A DNA stretch of 64,000 bases, from positions 1-64,000 of the IMG/VR virus record IMGVR_UViG_3300010885_025649. One strand, 5' to 3'. The notes under the pieces are model-generated. The model was not told the DNA's origin. It was given only the letters and a program-made list of their open reading frames with translations, and ran no database searches. Both the position numbers and the translations under genes were made by a program. Below are positions 28,085-38,253 of the stretch, piece after piece; position 1 is the first letter of the stretch; the number at the start of each line of letters is the position of its first letter.

Positions 28085-28567
28085 TTACTTAACAACTTTA
28101 CTACGAAGATATTGCAACCATACTTGTGCTGGTTTATCAAATATAGTAAAGATATCTCCAAATGCAATCAAACCATTATCATGATGTTTCTGATGTTGTT
28201 CAGCCGTTACTATACCAAATAGATTAAATATCTTACCTAACCAGCCAGGAGTATATAAGTTTAAAGCATTAATATGTCTATACCAAACATGAACTTGCCC
28301 CAGGACTAATCCTAATAAAGCAGCAGCCGGGTTAACTAAACTAATTAACCCAGCCACAATTAAATAAGGAAGTGCGCCTAATAATCCATCCAGAATAACT
28401 AGAGGATCATTTGTTAATACTGCATAGTGTAAATAATTTCTATTTAAAGAATGATGAATCTTTACGTGATAAGTCTGTAACTTAGGTACATGTTCAGGAA
28501 CATGATACAGAAAGGTGGACAACAAATCGCCCAGAAATAAAACACCAAATGCAAGTATCAACAGCAT
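28085..28567 (-). CDS. fatty acid hydroxylase / sterol desaturase family membrane protein (cyanobacterial type)
   Basis: His boxes YHVPEH, HVKIHH, HVWYRH, HQKHH plus transmembrane (TM) helices. Confidence 0.8.
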   Translation of the reverse strand: MLLILAFGVLFLGDLLSTFLYHVPEHVPKLQTYHVKIHHSLNRNYLHYAVLTNDPLVILDGLLGALPYLIVAGLISLVNPAAALLGLVLGQVHVWYRHINALNLYTPGWLGKIFNLFGIVTAEQHQKHHDNGLIAFGDIFTIFDKPAQVWLQYLRSKVVK

Positions 28568-28570
28568 GTC

Positions 28571-31372
28571 TTACCCCTCACATCCACAACTATCCACGGG
28601 TAGCGATGTATCCACAGTTAAAACCGGAGCTGAGTCACCCACATCAATCATTTGTCTTGCTGCCACTCTAGTAGCACTATCAGCATCTGCTGCAGATTCT
28701 CCATAAGTATAATAGATGGTAGCTAAGCCTCTATCATATGCAGCCATGTGAGTATTATGAATTTGCTGACCAGAATAAGCTCCGGTATTCTTATCTTTAC
28801 TAAAGAATAGATCTACTGATTGCCCTTGATCTAACCATTCTTGTCTCTTTGCAGCTTGATTAATAATAGCAATAGGATTAATTTCCCAAGGAGTCTTAAA
28901 GACTTCTTTCTCTAAATCACTTAATTGATGGATATGTTGGATACTTCCACCACCACCATTATCTAATAGACTATTAAGTAATGATTGTGAGTAAATTCCT
29001 TTAGCTTTTAGTAATTGTATTAATACAGGGTTCTTAACTATAAACGCGCCTTTAGCACTAAAGTCAGCATAGTAATTACCTATTGGTTGAATACCATAAC
29101 TAACTTGTCCACTAATAATTGCATTAGTTCTTGTAGGAGCAATAGCTAATAAACTACCATTACGTCTACCAGTACCTTTAAGCCATTCAGGTTCCCCATA
29201 CTCTTTAGCTAAATCCTTAGTAGCTATATCAGCATTCTGTCTAATAAACTTCATGATGTTATTAGTATAGCCAACTGCAGCAGGGGATTCAAAGGGGACT
29301 AACTTCTGTTGTAAGAATGTATGCCAGCCTAGAATTCCTAATCCTAGTGCTCTTGATTTAACCGCGCCAAGATAAACTCTTTCAAATCCGGGTAGATCTT
29401 TAGCAAGTTCCAGCCATTCTTCCATAACGGCATCCAGGAACCAAATTGCTAATTGAACTACAGTGGGATCATCTTTCCATTCATCATACTTAGCTACATT
29501 TAGAGAACTTAATACACATACGTAAGAGTGTTTATCATCATTAGGCAGGATTATTTCCGTACAGTTAGAACTAAGTAATCCAATAGATAAAGCAAACATG
29601 TGTGTTGTATTTACAGTAGTACAATACACATCTTGTTTATCTTCTAGTAATTCTACAGCTTTAACTTTATTAAATTTGCACTTAGCATTATATCCTGTAA
29701 GATCTCTAAAAGAAACTAATCTAGTAAAGGTTACAAGCTTCGCTAATTTTCTAGCTGCAACAGATGAAATAGTTAATCTCCAAGAGTCTTTACATAAATA
29801 CTCACCATACCCATCATTAAAATCTTTAAGGCCCTCTTTATTAGCAACACTAATAGTAGAATTAACTCCTAAAGTTTTAAGAAGAGTTTGTAAATCATAT
29901 AGAAAACTCTTATGAATTGAACCAAGTTGATAACCATAACTTCCTGAGGATTGCATTGCACAACCATCAGCATCAAATAAGCCAGCAATAAACTCACATT
30001 TACTTACCAGATCCCACTCAAAGACTTCTTGCGGCAACTTAACTTTGTTAGTAGTAGTCCAAGGATATAACTCATCTTTCCTAGCAGAAAGCCCTTGCAT
30101 ATTCTTTCTATTATCAGTAGAGGTTTTAAACCCTAATTCATCTATTTGATTAGTGACAGATTGTTTAGGTTTTATTTCTTCTGCAGAATCAATAAGTCTT
30201 TGCATGCAACTATATTTAGTATCATATAACCATAGCAAAGGTCTATCATCAATATGAGTCCCATCCCCACACAAGAAGCCTTTTATATAAGCTCCTTCTG
30301 TAGTTTTATTGCCATGACTTTCTTGAGTATGGCTTAGTAATTTAGTTCCAACTTTAATATCTTTAGCTAGTATCTTAGTACCATCTTCCAAAAAGAACCC
30401 ATGATCTAAAGTACAATCAACATATGAATTATCAGCTAAAGTAATTCGCATTACTTCTACATTCTGTTCAATAAGTTTAAATTGATCATTAGTTACCCAA
30501 CTATTACCATCAAAGATTGTCACAGTTTTATTAACTAAATCCTTAATAGGAAAACTACCTAAAGAGGTTGTAACTTTAGTATCTCCTGTCAAACACAGGT
30601 TAGTATTATTAAACCTTAATCCTGCATCTTTATACCATTGAGGTAGAATCCTATTAGCATTACCACTAAAAGTCTTATAAGGTTGAGAGAATTGTACACT
30701 AGTAGTTAAAGTCTTAAGCCATAAACTAACTGCTTCAGAATCACTATTCTTAACTCTCTGCATAAATTCATCAGTGAATAATGCAGAGTGATTTAGATTA
30801 CCACAGAAGGTACTAATATCCCCTTTAGGCTGTCTAATATTAAGGAACTGTAAGTAATCACCATGTTCAACATTTAAGGTAGCCTGATAAGCGCCACGTC
30901 TAACAGATCCTTGAGAGCAAGCATAAGTAGTACTATCAGCAATCTTTAACCAAGGAATAACTCCACCAGAGGTACCATTAATACCACCTCTAATAGGAGT
31001 ACCTGCAGGTCTAACTCCAGACCAATCATACCCAACAGCACCGCCGCCTTTAGTTAAAGCCGCGAATTCATTAAAGCTATCAAAGATACTACCCGGACCA
31101 TTAAGGGTATCACCTACAACAGAACCGTAGCATGACGCTGGCAAGCCTCTATTAGTACCAAAGTTAGTTAATACTGGAGTAGCAGGACAGAGCCAACCCA
31201 TCCACAGTATATGAAATATCTTCTCTTCTAATTCTGGCTTCTTTAATCTTTTAGCGGCGGTAGCGGCTAGTCTTCTATACATATCACGGGGAGTTTCCCC
31301 CTTCATTAAATAACCATTATTTAATACTTGAGAGCCATCCCGGGTTAACCACACGGGTGAAGTTTGAATCAT
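28571..31372 (-). CDS. nrdA: class I ribonucleotide reductase alpha subunit (no ATP cone), intein-containing; mature about 589 aa
   Basis: PATPVLTN, PASC, GSVRRGA, TNL|CTEI, LGLG, AIAPT, DQGQS, IYY, C-terminal CGCEG. Confidence 0.95.
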   Translation of the reverse strand: MIQTSPVWLTRDGSQVLNNGYLMKGETPRDMYRRLAATAAKRLKKPELEEKIFHILWMGWLCPATPVLTNFGTNRGLPASCYGSVVGDTLNGPGSIFDSFNEFAALTKGGGAVGYDWSGVRPAGTPIRGGINGTSGGVIPWLKIADSTTYACSQGSVRRGAYQATLNVEHGDYLQFLNIRQPKGDISTFCGNLNHSALFTDEFMQRVKNSDSEAVSLWLKTLTTSVQFSQPYKTFSGNANRILPQWYKDAGLRFNNTNLCLTGDTKVTTSLGSFPIKDLVNKTVTIFDGNSWVTNDQFKLIEQNVEVMRITLADNSYVDCTLDHGFFLEDGTKILAKDIKVGTKLLSHTQESHGNKTTEGAYIKGFLCGDGTHIDDRPLLWLYDTKYSCMQRLIDSAEEIKPKQSVTNQIDELGFKTSTDNRKNMQGLSARKDELYPWTTTNKVKLPQEVFEWDLVSKCEFIAGLFDADGCAMQSSGSYGYQLGSIHKSFLYDLQTLLKTLGVNSTISVANKEGLKDFNDGYGEYLCKDSWRLTISSVAARKLAKLVTFTRLVSFRDLTGYNAKCKFNKVKAVELLEDKQDVYCTTVNTTHMFALSIGLLSSNCTEIILPNDDKHSYVCVLSSLNVAKYDEWKDDPTVVQLAIWFLDAVMEEWLELAKDLPGFERVYLGAVKSRALGLGILGWHTFLQQKLVPFESPAAVGYTNNIMKFIRQNADIATKDLAKEYGEPEWLKGTGRRNGSLLAIAPTRTNAIISGQVSYGIQPIGNYYADFSAKGAFIVKNPVLIQLLKAKGIYSQSLLNSLLDNGGGGSIQHIHQLSDLEKEVFKTPWEINPIAIINQAAKRQEWLDQGQSVDLFFSKDKNTGAYSGQQIHNTHMAAYDRGLATIYYTYGESAADADSATRVAARQMIDVGDSAPVLTVDTSLPVDSCGCEG
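29564..30595 (-). mobile_element. intein (344 aa) with LAGLIDADG endonuclease in NrdA
   Basis: Starts CLTGDTKV and ends LSSN before the catalytic Cys (NL|...|CTE). Block B TLDH; motifs GFLCGDG and FIAGLFDADG. Confidence 0.93.
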
Positions 31373-31386
31373 ATCTTATTCTATCC

Positions 31387-34215
31387 TTATATAATAATAT
31401 CTGAGAAATCAATAGTACTTTTATTATAAACAGTATTTCTATTAGCAAAAGAATCTTGCATTTGATTACTGGCTGTAAGAACACTAAACCAATCTAAAGT
31501 ATGGGGTTTAAGATTTCTCCAATTAGTTTTGAGGCCAAGATCTCCCAATTTAGTATTAGCTCTATGTCTAATATATAATTTAATATCTTCTGCAGTAATA
31601 CCTCTAGCATTTCCTAATTTAAATGCTTCATCAATAAAAGCATCTTCATAAGTAACAATATCTCTAGCAGCTTGATAAATAGTAGCTTTTAATTCATCTG
31701 TCCATAAATGAGGATTCTCTTGAATATACTGTCTAAATAACCAACAGCCAGCTTCTGAGTGTAAAGAGTTACCAGAAATACAAACATTATTATTTCTTCT
31801 GACTACTAAAGCGCCTGTAGGTACTGCTACACAATAGACCATACCCTTATATTCTTCCAATGATTTAGTAATAGAAGAGCCAGGAATAGAAGTACCTCTA
31901 TTAATATAGATGTAATAGTCATCAACTTTAGTACGAGAAACATTAGTATAATAACCACCCAAAACAGCTATAGCTTGTAGAGTATTTATATTAATAGGAC
32001 ATGATGTTGTATAAATAACAGAATTATCTGTAGCTAAGCAAGCTGTCCATTGTGCGACATGATAAATAAAATCCACACACCATTCAGAAGTTACTGTAGA
32101 ATAATCAATCCAATTATACCGGTTAGAGAAATCATGTCCTTGGGGAACAGTAATAACAAAGGTTGTAAATAAAGATAGATCAGACTTATTAGTTTTAGAA
32201 TATTTATAAGGAAAAGAATCTAAGAATTCAGTAAGCTTAGCTTTACGTTGAGGATTATCTATACTAATAGTAATAGTAGTTTCATCAATAGTAGTTCTAA
32301 AACACCCAAGTAATACTCTAAGTTGTTCTATTAAAGTTAATTTACTTTTAGTTTTATCCTTAGCATTAGCATATCCAGCCGTAGGTAATGCATTATCTTT
32401 AGAATAATTAGCGCTACTAGCATATTCAAACTTATAACCATTACCACCTTTACCATTAATTAACATTCTATGATTTGGGGTAACAGATAAATTCATAGCA
32501 CCTCTAGTAGACTTGAAGTTATACAACTCTCCATCTACTTCATAACTCATTAATTTAGTAGGCTTAACAAAACTAATCAGTTTACTGCTGGGATTATATT
32601 GTGCAATATTTGTGGTTAAATCAACATCTTTAAGTAATTGCCACCCCGCAGGAGTAAGAACTTCTGTATCATCAGAATAGCATTCATCTTTAATAGAAGC
32701 TGTAATAATTTTACCAACACTTTTCAGCAAATTAAATCTACTAAAGTTTAACAAGATCGCAAATGAGCTAAACAAGCTAACCCCTTCAGTAAAAGCACTA
32801 AAGACTGCCAAAGATGTAGCAACATCTCTTTCATGTAGTAAGTTATTTATCTTAGCACTTAAGACTTTATTAGACAAGAATTCTGTATAAATACTATCTG
32901 GTAAGTTCAAAGAATCATTTAAGTATGAATAGCTCTTTACATGGATAGAATTACCTGTAATAGCAACTCTACCTTCTCTCCTAGAAACTATATTCTCTGT
33001 TGGAACAGAAACACAATACACTTTGCCATTATAATTAACTAATTCTCTATGAGGATATGTTCTAGTTGAGCGGTCAGATATACTTAACACATAACAAACC
33101 TTTGCAGTCTTAGGATGTCCACCTTGCGGTAAATTAACACTTAAAGCAGCTTCTTCATCTCTATTTACACCAATACAGGTTGTTTTACCAGCTAATACTC
33201 CAACTGCTTGTAGTTTATTTACCGCTTCAAAGTTAGTCGAGTAATAATAATGTCCTACTGATCCATCCCATAAAAGAGCTTCTTCTAAGACTTCACAGGC
33301 TTTTTGTTGGCTCATAGATTCTAAATCTAAGAACCCTAAGTTTTTGATATTCTTAATATCGATATCATCAGGAATAGAAAAGCTGATTGTTTGGCGATTA
33401 GCTCCACAACGTTCTTTATCATGTACATAATAAGCTATACCAGCTTCGTCAAGTAAAGATTTAATTCTAGTAATCTTTCGATCTTTAGTAAGATCGAGAT
33501 CACATCTTCTCCAATCTCTACCTTCAGCACTAGGACAATTACCTCTTAAGCAGCCATCAGCTTGAGCAGCTATTAAAATTCTTTCTAAGACAGATAAAGA
33601 ACCAGAAGCACCAACACCCTTACCAGAAGTTGGATAGCTATAATTATTTCCCAAAGTAGATTTATCCGACTTCCTCTTAGTAACCTTTTTACTAGCGGGG
33701 TGAATTGTAATTAAATCATGATTAGGAGTCACACATATATTAGTAGAATTTGTTTTATATAAGTGCATTACACCTTCATAATCATATGACATTATTTGTG
33801 TAGGCAGCACAAAAGTAATATGCTGACTTAATAAATCATACTGAGCAACCTTATCATATTCAGTTAAGTCTTTACAAAACTTCCAACCATTACTAGTTAA
33901 CAATTCTGTTTGATTATCAAAGCATTCAAAATCAGCAAATGCATTTGCCATCATAGCAATTTCAGGGTGAGGAAACCACAAAGGTACTTTAGACCAGTAT
34001 TCTTTCTGAACTTCTATTTCAGTTTGTGTAAAAAGCTTTAATATAACTGTAACAATATTTCGTTCGGCGGGGGTTAAGTTAGTATTAAAATCCTGCAAAT
34101 CCCCTTGCATACCAAACTCTGTCCATAACCAATGAGACAAATGCTGAGTAAGAAAATACTCCTCAGCTTTAGGATATAAAATTGGACGATAGTTAGTTCT
34201 ACCTTCTATTAACAT
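31387..34215 (-). CDS. nrdB: class I ribonucleotide reductase beta subunit with two inteins; mature about 312 aa
   Basis: FTQTE, FE|SIHVKSY, FTEGVSLFSSF, KDE|SLH, after removing two inteins. Confidence 0.93.
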   Translation of the reverse strand: MLIEGRTNYRPILYPKAEEYFLTQHLSHWLWTEFGMQGDLQDFNTNLTPAERNIVTVILKLFTQTEIEVQKEYWSKVPLWFPHPEIAMMANAFADFECFDNQTELLTSNGWKFCKDLTEYDKVAQYDLLSQHITFVLPTQIMSYDYEGVMHLYKTNSTNICVTPNHDLITIHPASKKVTKRKSDKSTLGNNYSYPTSGKGVGASGSLSVLERILIAAQADGCLRGNCPSAEGRDWRRCDLDLTKDRKITRIKSLLDEAGIAYYVHDKERCGANRQTISFSIPDDIDIKNIKNLGFLDLESMSQQKACEVLEEALLWDGSVGHYYYSTNFEAVNKLQAVGVLAGKTTCIGVNRDEEAALSVNLPQGGHPKTAKVCYVLSISDRSTRTYPHRELVNYNGKVYCVSVPTENIVSRREGRVAITGNSIHVKSYSYLNDSLNLPDSIYTEFLSNKVLSAKINNLLHERDVATSLAVFSAFTEGVSLFSSFAILLNFSRFNLLKSVGKIITASIKDECYSDDTEVLTPAGWQLLKDVDLTTNIAQYNPSSKLISFVKPTKLMSYEVDGELYNFKSTRGAMNLSVTPNHRMLINGKGGNGYKFEYASSANYSKDNALPTAGYANAKDKTKSKLTLIEQLRVLLGCFRTTIDETTITISIDNPQRKAKLTEFLDSFPYKYSKTNKSDLSLFTTFVITVPQGHDFSNRYNWIDYSTVTSEWCVDFIYHVAQWTACLATDNSVIYTTSCPININTLQAIAVLGGYYTNVSRTKVDDYYIYINRGTSIPGSSITKSLEEYKGMVYCVAVPTGALVVRRNNNVCISGNSLHSEAGCWLFRQYIQENPHLWTDELKATIYQAARDIVTYEDAFIDEAFKLGNARGITAEDIKLYIRHRANTKLGDLGLKTNWRNLKPHTLDWFSVLTASNQMQDSFANRNTVYNKSTIDFSDIII
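31768..32682 (-). mobile_element. NrdB intein 2 (305 aa) in the second ExxH motif
   Basis: CYSDDTEVLT..GW, VTPNH, VYCVAVPT, ends ISGN|S; endonuclease motifs decayed. Confidence 0.92.
32950..33924 (-). mobile_element. NrdB intein 1 (325 aa) in the first ExxH motif
   Basis: CFDNQTELLT..GW, VTPNH, VYCVSVPT, ends ITGN|S; degenerate LAGLIDADG motifs AAQADG and LLWDG. Confidence 0.92.
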
Positions 34216-34253
34216 ATTTGTACCATTAACATATTTATTTAGATTAACATAAC

Positions 34254-34586
34254 TTAGTGGTTAATTCTGGCTAACCATAATTGATCTCTTATTTCATGAA
34301 TTAAAGTTATCCAATTATAATCAATATCTTCTTTAGAGAAACTATAAAGCTTAAGTAATCTAGAATTAGTAATAAACATTTCTAGATTTAAATAAGCATC
34401 TAATTCTTTTAGTAGTTGAATATAATTATATAGGATAATATTTTTATCTAAAGTATTTAAGAGATATCCTTTATAAACTCTAGCTCTAAGTTCTATTTCA
34501 GTAAGAAATATTAATTGCTCTTCCGTAAGATCATATTTTAGATTAATCTGTTGAATTTCCAGAAGTAAAGATTCTAGCATATTCAT
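34254..34586 (-). CDS. hypothetical protein
   Basis: 110 aa, overlaps the uvrD-like stop. Confidence 0.55.
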   Translation of the reverse strand: MNMLESLLLEIQQINLKYDLTEEQLIFLTEIELRARVYKGYLLNTLDKNIILYNYIQLLKELDAYLNLEMFITNSRLLKLYSFSKEDIDYNWITLIHEIRDQLWLARINH

Positions 34587-36357
34587 CCTCTATTTGACTA
34601 TTACCAAATTCTATATAAAGTTTTCCCAAGGCCAAATAATCTTTAGCTCTAGTAACTGCAACATATTGTAATCTCAATTCTTCTTCATTATATTTACTAG
34701 TAGGAAATCTTCCCTCTCCCAAATCCCAAAGTAATACAGCAGAATATTCTCTACCTTTTTGTTTATGAATAGTAGAAACTAATACATCTCCTTCTTTAGG
34801 CTGGCTTTTAGCTTTAGATCCTAATTGATTAATAGTAGTTAAAGCAGAATACCAATCAGAATAACCATCTAGGAATTCAACTAAAGCATTCAGATATTGT
34901 TTAGTTTTAGAATATGCAGCAGGATCTTCTGCGTATTTAGACTGCCAATACTGTTCTAATTTAGGAAGATATCTATTAACAGATTCCAAAGGTTCTTCAG
35001 ATAATATTTGACATTGCTCTGATTTAATTTCTTTAAAAAGAGTAGTAAGGAGAGCACGTTTAGAATTACTAGTAACCGCAGCTAAATCATATTTAGTAGG
35101 CCGACCTTCAGTAGCATTCCAAATAGTAGATGCTAAAGTATTCCCTATAAATTGTTTCTGATTAACTAAATAAGACCACGGCCGTAAAGAAGGATTAATA
35201 ATAAATTCAGGGATTGCAATTATATCTAAAACAGCAGGGCTGGAAAAGAAAGAGCCCTCATAAATATAATAAGAGACCTTATTATTATTCAACCAAAGTT
35301 CCAATTCAGGTAAAGATTTAATACTTCTATATAAAATCATTGTTTGAACTTCATTATTAATCTTATCCATTAACCAAGGATAGATTTGTCCTAATCCAAT
35401 ACAGTAATCTATTTTAGGATTAAAGTTATCAGTTCTACCTTTAATTAGAAATTCCTCTGAGCCTAATTTAGTTAGTAGGCCGTTAGCTAAAGCAAGAATA
35501 TTATCAGTACTTCTATAATTATATCTAAGGGGGAGTAATTTAAACTCATTACTATTAGTAAGATTATCTAAGAATTGTGTGGTAGCATAATTCCAACCAT
35601 AAATCAACTGATGTTTATCTCCAACAGCAAACATAGATATTAAAGCACTTTGATATTTAATAGCAATAGTACTCATAAATTGATTTAGGTCTTGTGCTTC
35701 ATCAATAAGAAGATACTTATAGGTATCTGTAACAAAACAGTGTTCTGGCAATTGAGAAGCTAAGTTTAGAATATCAGTATAGGTTACATGTCCCGTAGCT
35801 AACATTTGCTCATTAATTATAGCAAGTGCTTTAGTAATTATAATTGGAGATACTTTAGATAAACTTTTATATTGACTAAGGAACATAGAGAATTTACTAC
35901 CGGACATAATACATTGTTGTCTAAGGCCATAAATTGCTCTAATCTGTTTATCATCAAGAGCTAAAGTATTAAGCCAGTGTTTATATTGTGGCAGGATATC
36001 TTTATAGAAACTATCCATAACCTTAATAGCTTCTTGTATATTCAGAAGTTTATAAAACTTAGATACTAAAGTAAGTGCAACAGAGTGAAAAGTCTTTACT
36101 GTAATCAGTTTAGATTCTTCAGATGTAAACAAAGTTGTATCTTGTTTCTTTTCATTTAATTCAACTTGGACTGCACTATTAAAAGCCAGGATTAAAATCT
36201 TAGCGGGATTTTGCAACAAGATACTTTTGGCTCTAGCCAATAAGACAGTTGTTTTACTACAACCCGCTAAACCATTAACAACAATATTCTGATCATGAGA
36301 TTGATTAATAATATCAATCTGATCTGCATTCAACTGTAAGTTACCAAATATATCCAC
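34543..36357 (-). CDS. uvrD: UvrD/Rep SF1 helicase
   Basis: GLAGCSKTT, TFHS, IDEAQD, VGDKHQLIYGW, NYRS, STIHKQKGRE, YVAVTRAK. Confidence 0.9.
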   Translation of the reverse strand: MDIFGNLQLNADQIDIINQSHDQNIVVNGLAGCSKTTVLLARAKSILLQNPAKILILAFNSAVQVELNEKKQDTTLFTSEESKLITVKTFHSVALTLVSKFYKLLNIQEAIKVMDSFYKDILPQYKHWLNTLALDDKQIRAIYGLRQQCIMSGSKFSMFLSQYKSLSKVSPIIITKALAIINEQMLATGHVTYTDILNLASQLPEHCFVTDTYKYLLIDEAQDLNQFMSTIAIKYQSALISMFAVGDKHQLIYGWNYATTQFLDNLTNSNEFKLLPLRYNYRSTDNILALANGLLTKLGSEEFLIKGRTDNFNPKIDYCIGLGQIYPWLMDKINNEVQTMILYRSIKSLPELELWLNNNKVSYYIYEGSFFSSPAVLDIIAIPEFIINPSLRPWSYLVNQKQFIGNTLASTIWNATEGRPTKYDLAAVTSNSKRALLTTLFKEIKSEQCQILSEEPLESVNRYLPKLEQYWQSKYAEDPAAYSKTKQYLNALVEFLDGYSDWYSALTTINQLGSKAKSQPKEGDVLVSTIHKQKGREYSAVLLWDLGEGRFPTSKYNEEELRLQYVAVTRAKDYLALGKLYIEFGNSQIEDEYARIFTSGNSTD

Positions 36358-36365
36358 AATAGCTC

Positions 36366-37088
36366 CTAGAAATAATTCATATCCCCCAGCAAAATACTAT
36401 TAAGACATTTAGTAGTATAAGTGTCAAGAAAGTTAGGGTTCTTAAGTAAATGGGGATATTTGGCTAAATAATTATTAATAGTATTAGGCAAGAAAGTACT
36501 TCTATGAAATCCTACCGCGGGGCCATGTTCTAAGATTGCATGGATATGTTCACTAGTAGCATAACCTTTATTATTAGCCCAATTATATAGAGGGTACTTT
36601 AGGTGTTTAGCCAGCATTATCTTATCATGATTAACCTTAGCAATAATAGAAGCAATACTACATTCAATAATAAAAGTATCAGCTTTAACTATAGCTTCTT
36701 GATTAAGCTTTGGTAAAGTAGTAATAGGAATATTTCCATCTATAATAACTTTAATATTATCATACTTAAGATTCTTACCTTGCATAAGTCTTATAAGAGC
36801 AACTTGCCAGCCAAATATTTTAGCAGTAGTAATACCCCAATGATCTATAGTATACGATTCTAAAGAGATAACACTATAATAAATTTCATCTGTTTGTTGT
36901 TGAATATAATCAAACAAAGATTCTCTTTTACTTTCACTTAGAGCTTTAGAATCTCCAAAACCTAAAGTCTTCAAGTGTTCTAACTTATCTTTATTTATCA
37001 TAACCGCACTAATAGTAAGCGGCCCTGCAATAGAGCCAACTCCTGCTTCATCAATACCAATTAAGAATTTAGATTCCTGTAACTCCAT
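36366..37088 (-). CDS. rnhB: ribonuclease HII
   Basis: GIDEAGVGSIAGP, DSKAL, IDG, KAD, SIASIIAKV, NKGY. Confidence 0.93.
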   Translation of the reverse strand: MELQESKFLIGIDEAGVGSIAGPLTISAVMINKDKLEHLKTLGFGDSKALSESKRESLFDYIQQQTDEIYYSVISLESYTIDHWGITTAKIFGWQVALIRLMQGKNLKYDNIKVIIDGNIPITTLPKLNQEAIVKADTFIIECSIASIIAKVNHDKIMLAKHLKYPLYNWANNKGYATSEHIHAILEHGPAVGFHRSTFLPNTINNYLAKYPHLLKNPNFLDTYTTKCLNSILLGDMNYF

Positions 37089-38253
37089 CTATGCGCCCTT
37101 TAACATATACTATAGATACCTTTAATTTATGTGCAATTAGTTTAATATATTCTTCATTAATATTCATAGCAAGTAAAGTATTCAAACTAATCTCATCATT
37201 TATCCAGGCATTATAAGCCAGTTCAATAACGGTAGGACTTTTAGTAGTTAGTTCTCTTAAATGTTCTTTAGTATATAACTTACAATAATCTGCAATATCT
37301 TTACCTTTAGATTTATCTTCTAAATCAAATGGAAGATTAATATTTATAATATTTAAATTAGGACAAGCGGATTGTAATTTTATCAATTCAAATAACAAAG
37401 ATTTCTGAGTAGCTTTATCATAATCCAAAGTAATATATAAGGTTTCAAGATTCTGAAACTTCTCATAATGTTTATATAAGTTCTTATTGCCAACTAATCC
37501 CACCGCACAAATATCCCAGCTAAGAAGATTACAAGCATCTAAAGGGCCTTCACAAAGGAATGCATATTTAGAATTAGTTAAAAGCTGTTGCCCAAACAAA
37601 TAATTACTAATATTAATACTACCTAATTTAGTATTATTTTCTCCATGAATATACTTCTTAGTTTGTTTAATGAAATCATCATTACCAAGATACCTACCTT
37701 GAGCTTGTACAATAATATTAGCAAAGTCTTTAAATGGAAACATTAATCGATTTGCAAAATACTCTTGTCCTTTAGGATACATTAATCCTGCGTCTACTAA
37801 TTCAGTATACTCCATTTCTTTCTTTAAGGAGTCTTTAGCATTATAACCTAATTGGTGTGTGAATATAACCTCTTCACTAATACCTCTAGCAAGTGCATAT
37901 CTAAAGACATCCACATTTTGTTTAAGCTCTCTTCGCCAAATAGAAACCGCATCATTCCAGAGTTTAATTCTTTGTGTGGGAGGTTGAGGAAATATACCAA
38001 TTTGTTTACTGAGTTGAGATATAGTTTCGGCCAATGTAAGCTGTTTAGACTTCATATACCAATCAATAACAGATCCACTCTCATTACAAACCCAACAACG
38101 GGCAGTATTTCTATGTACATCCACACTAACAGAAGGATTATCATCTTTATGCCCGGGAAGAATACATTTAGCTCTTCCTTTAGTAACAGTATCAAATAGA
38201 GAAGTTATAGGAATTTTATTCTTAATCTCAAGAACTACCGCAGAAGTCTCCAT
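37069..38253 (-). CDS. dnaG: DnaG-type primase (CHC2 Zn finger + TOPRIM)
   Basis: CILPGH..PS..CWVC, RLMFP, LCEGPLD, LDYD, KDIAD. Confidence 0.9.
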   Translation of the reverse strand: METSAVVLEIKNKIPITSLFDTVTKGRAKCILPGHKDDNPSVSVDVHRNTARCWVCNESGSVIDWYMKSKQLTLAETISQLSKQIGIFPQPPTQRIKLWNDAVSIWRRELKQNVDVFRYALARGISEEVIFTHQLGYNAKDSLKKEMEYTELVDAGLMYPKGQEYFANRLMFPFKDFANIIVQAQGRYLGNDDFIKQTKKYIHGENNTKLGSINISNYLFGQQLLTNSKYAFLCEGPLDACNLLSWDICAVGLVGNKNLYKHYEKFQNLETLYITLDYDKATQKSLLFELIKLQSACPNLNIININLPFDLEDKSKGKDIADYCKLYTKEHLRELTTKSPTVIELAYNAWINDEISLNTLLAMNINEEYIKLIAHKLKVSIVYVKGRIDGVTGI

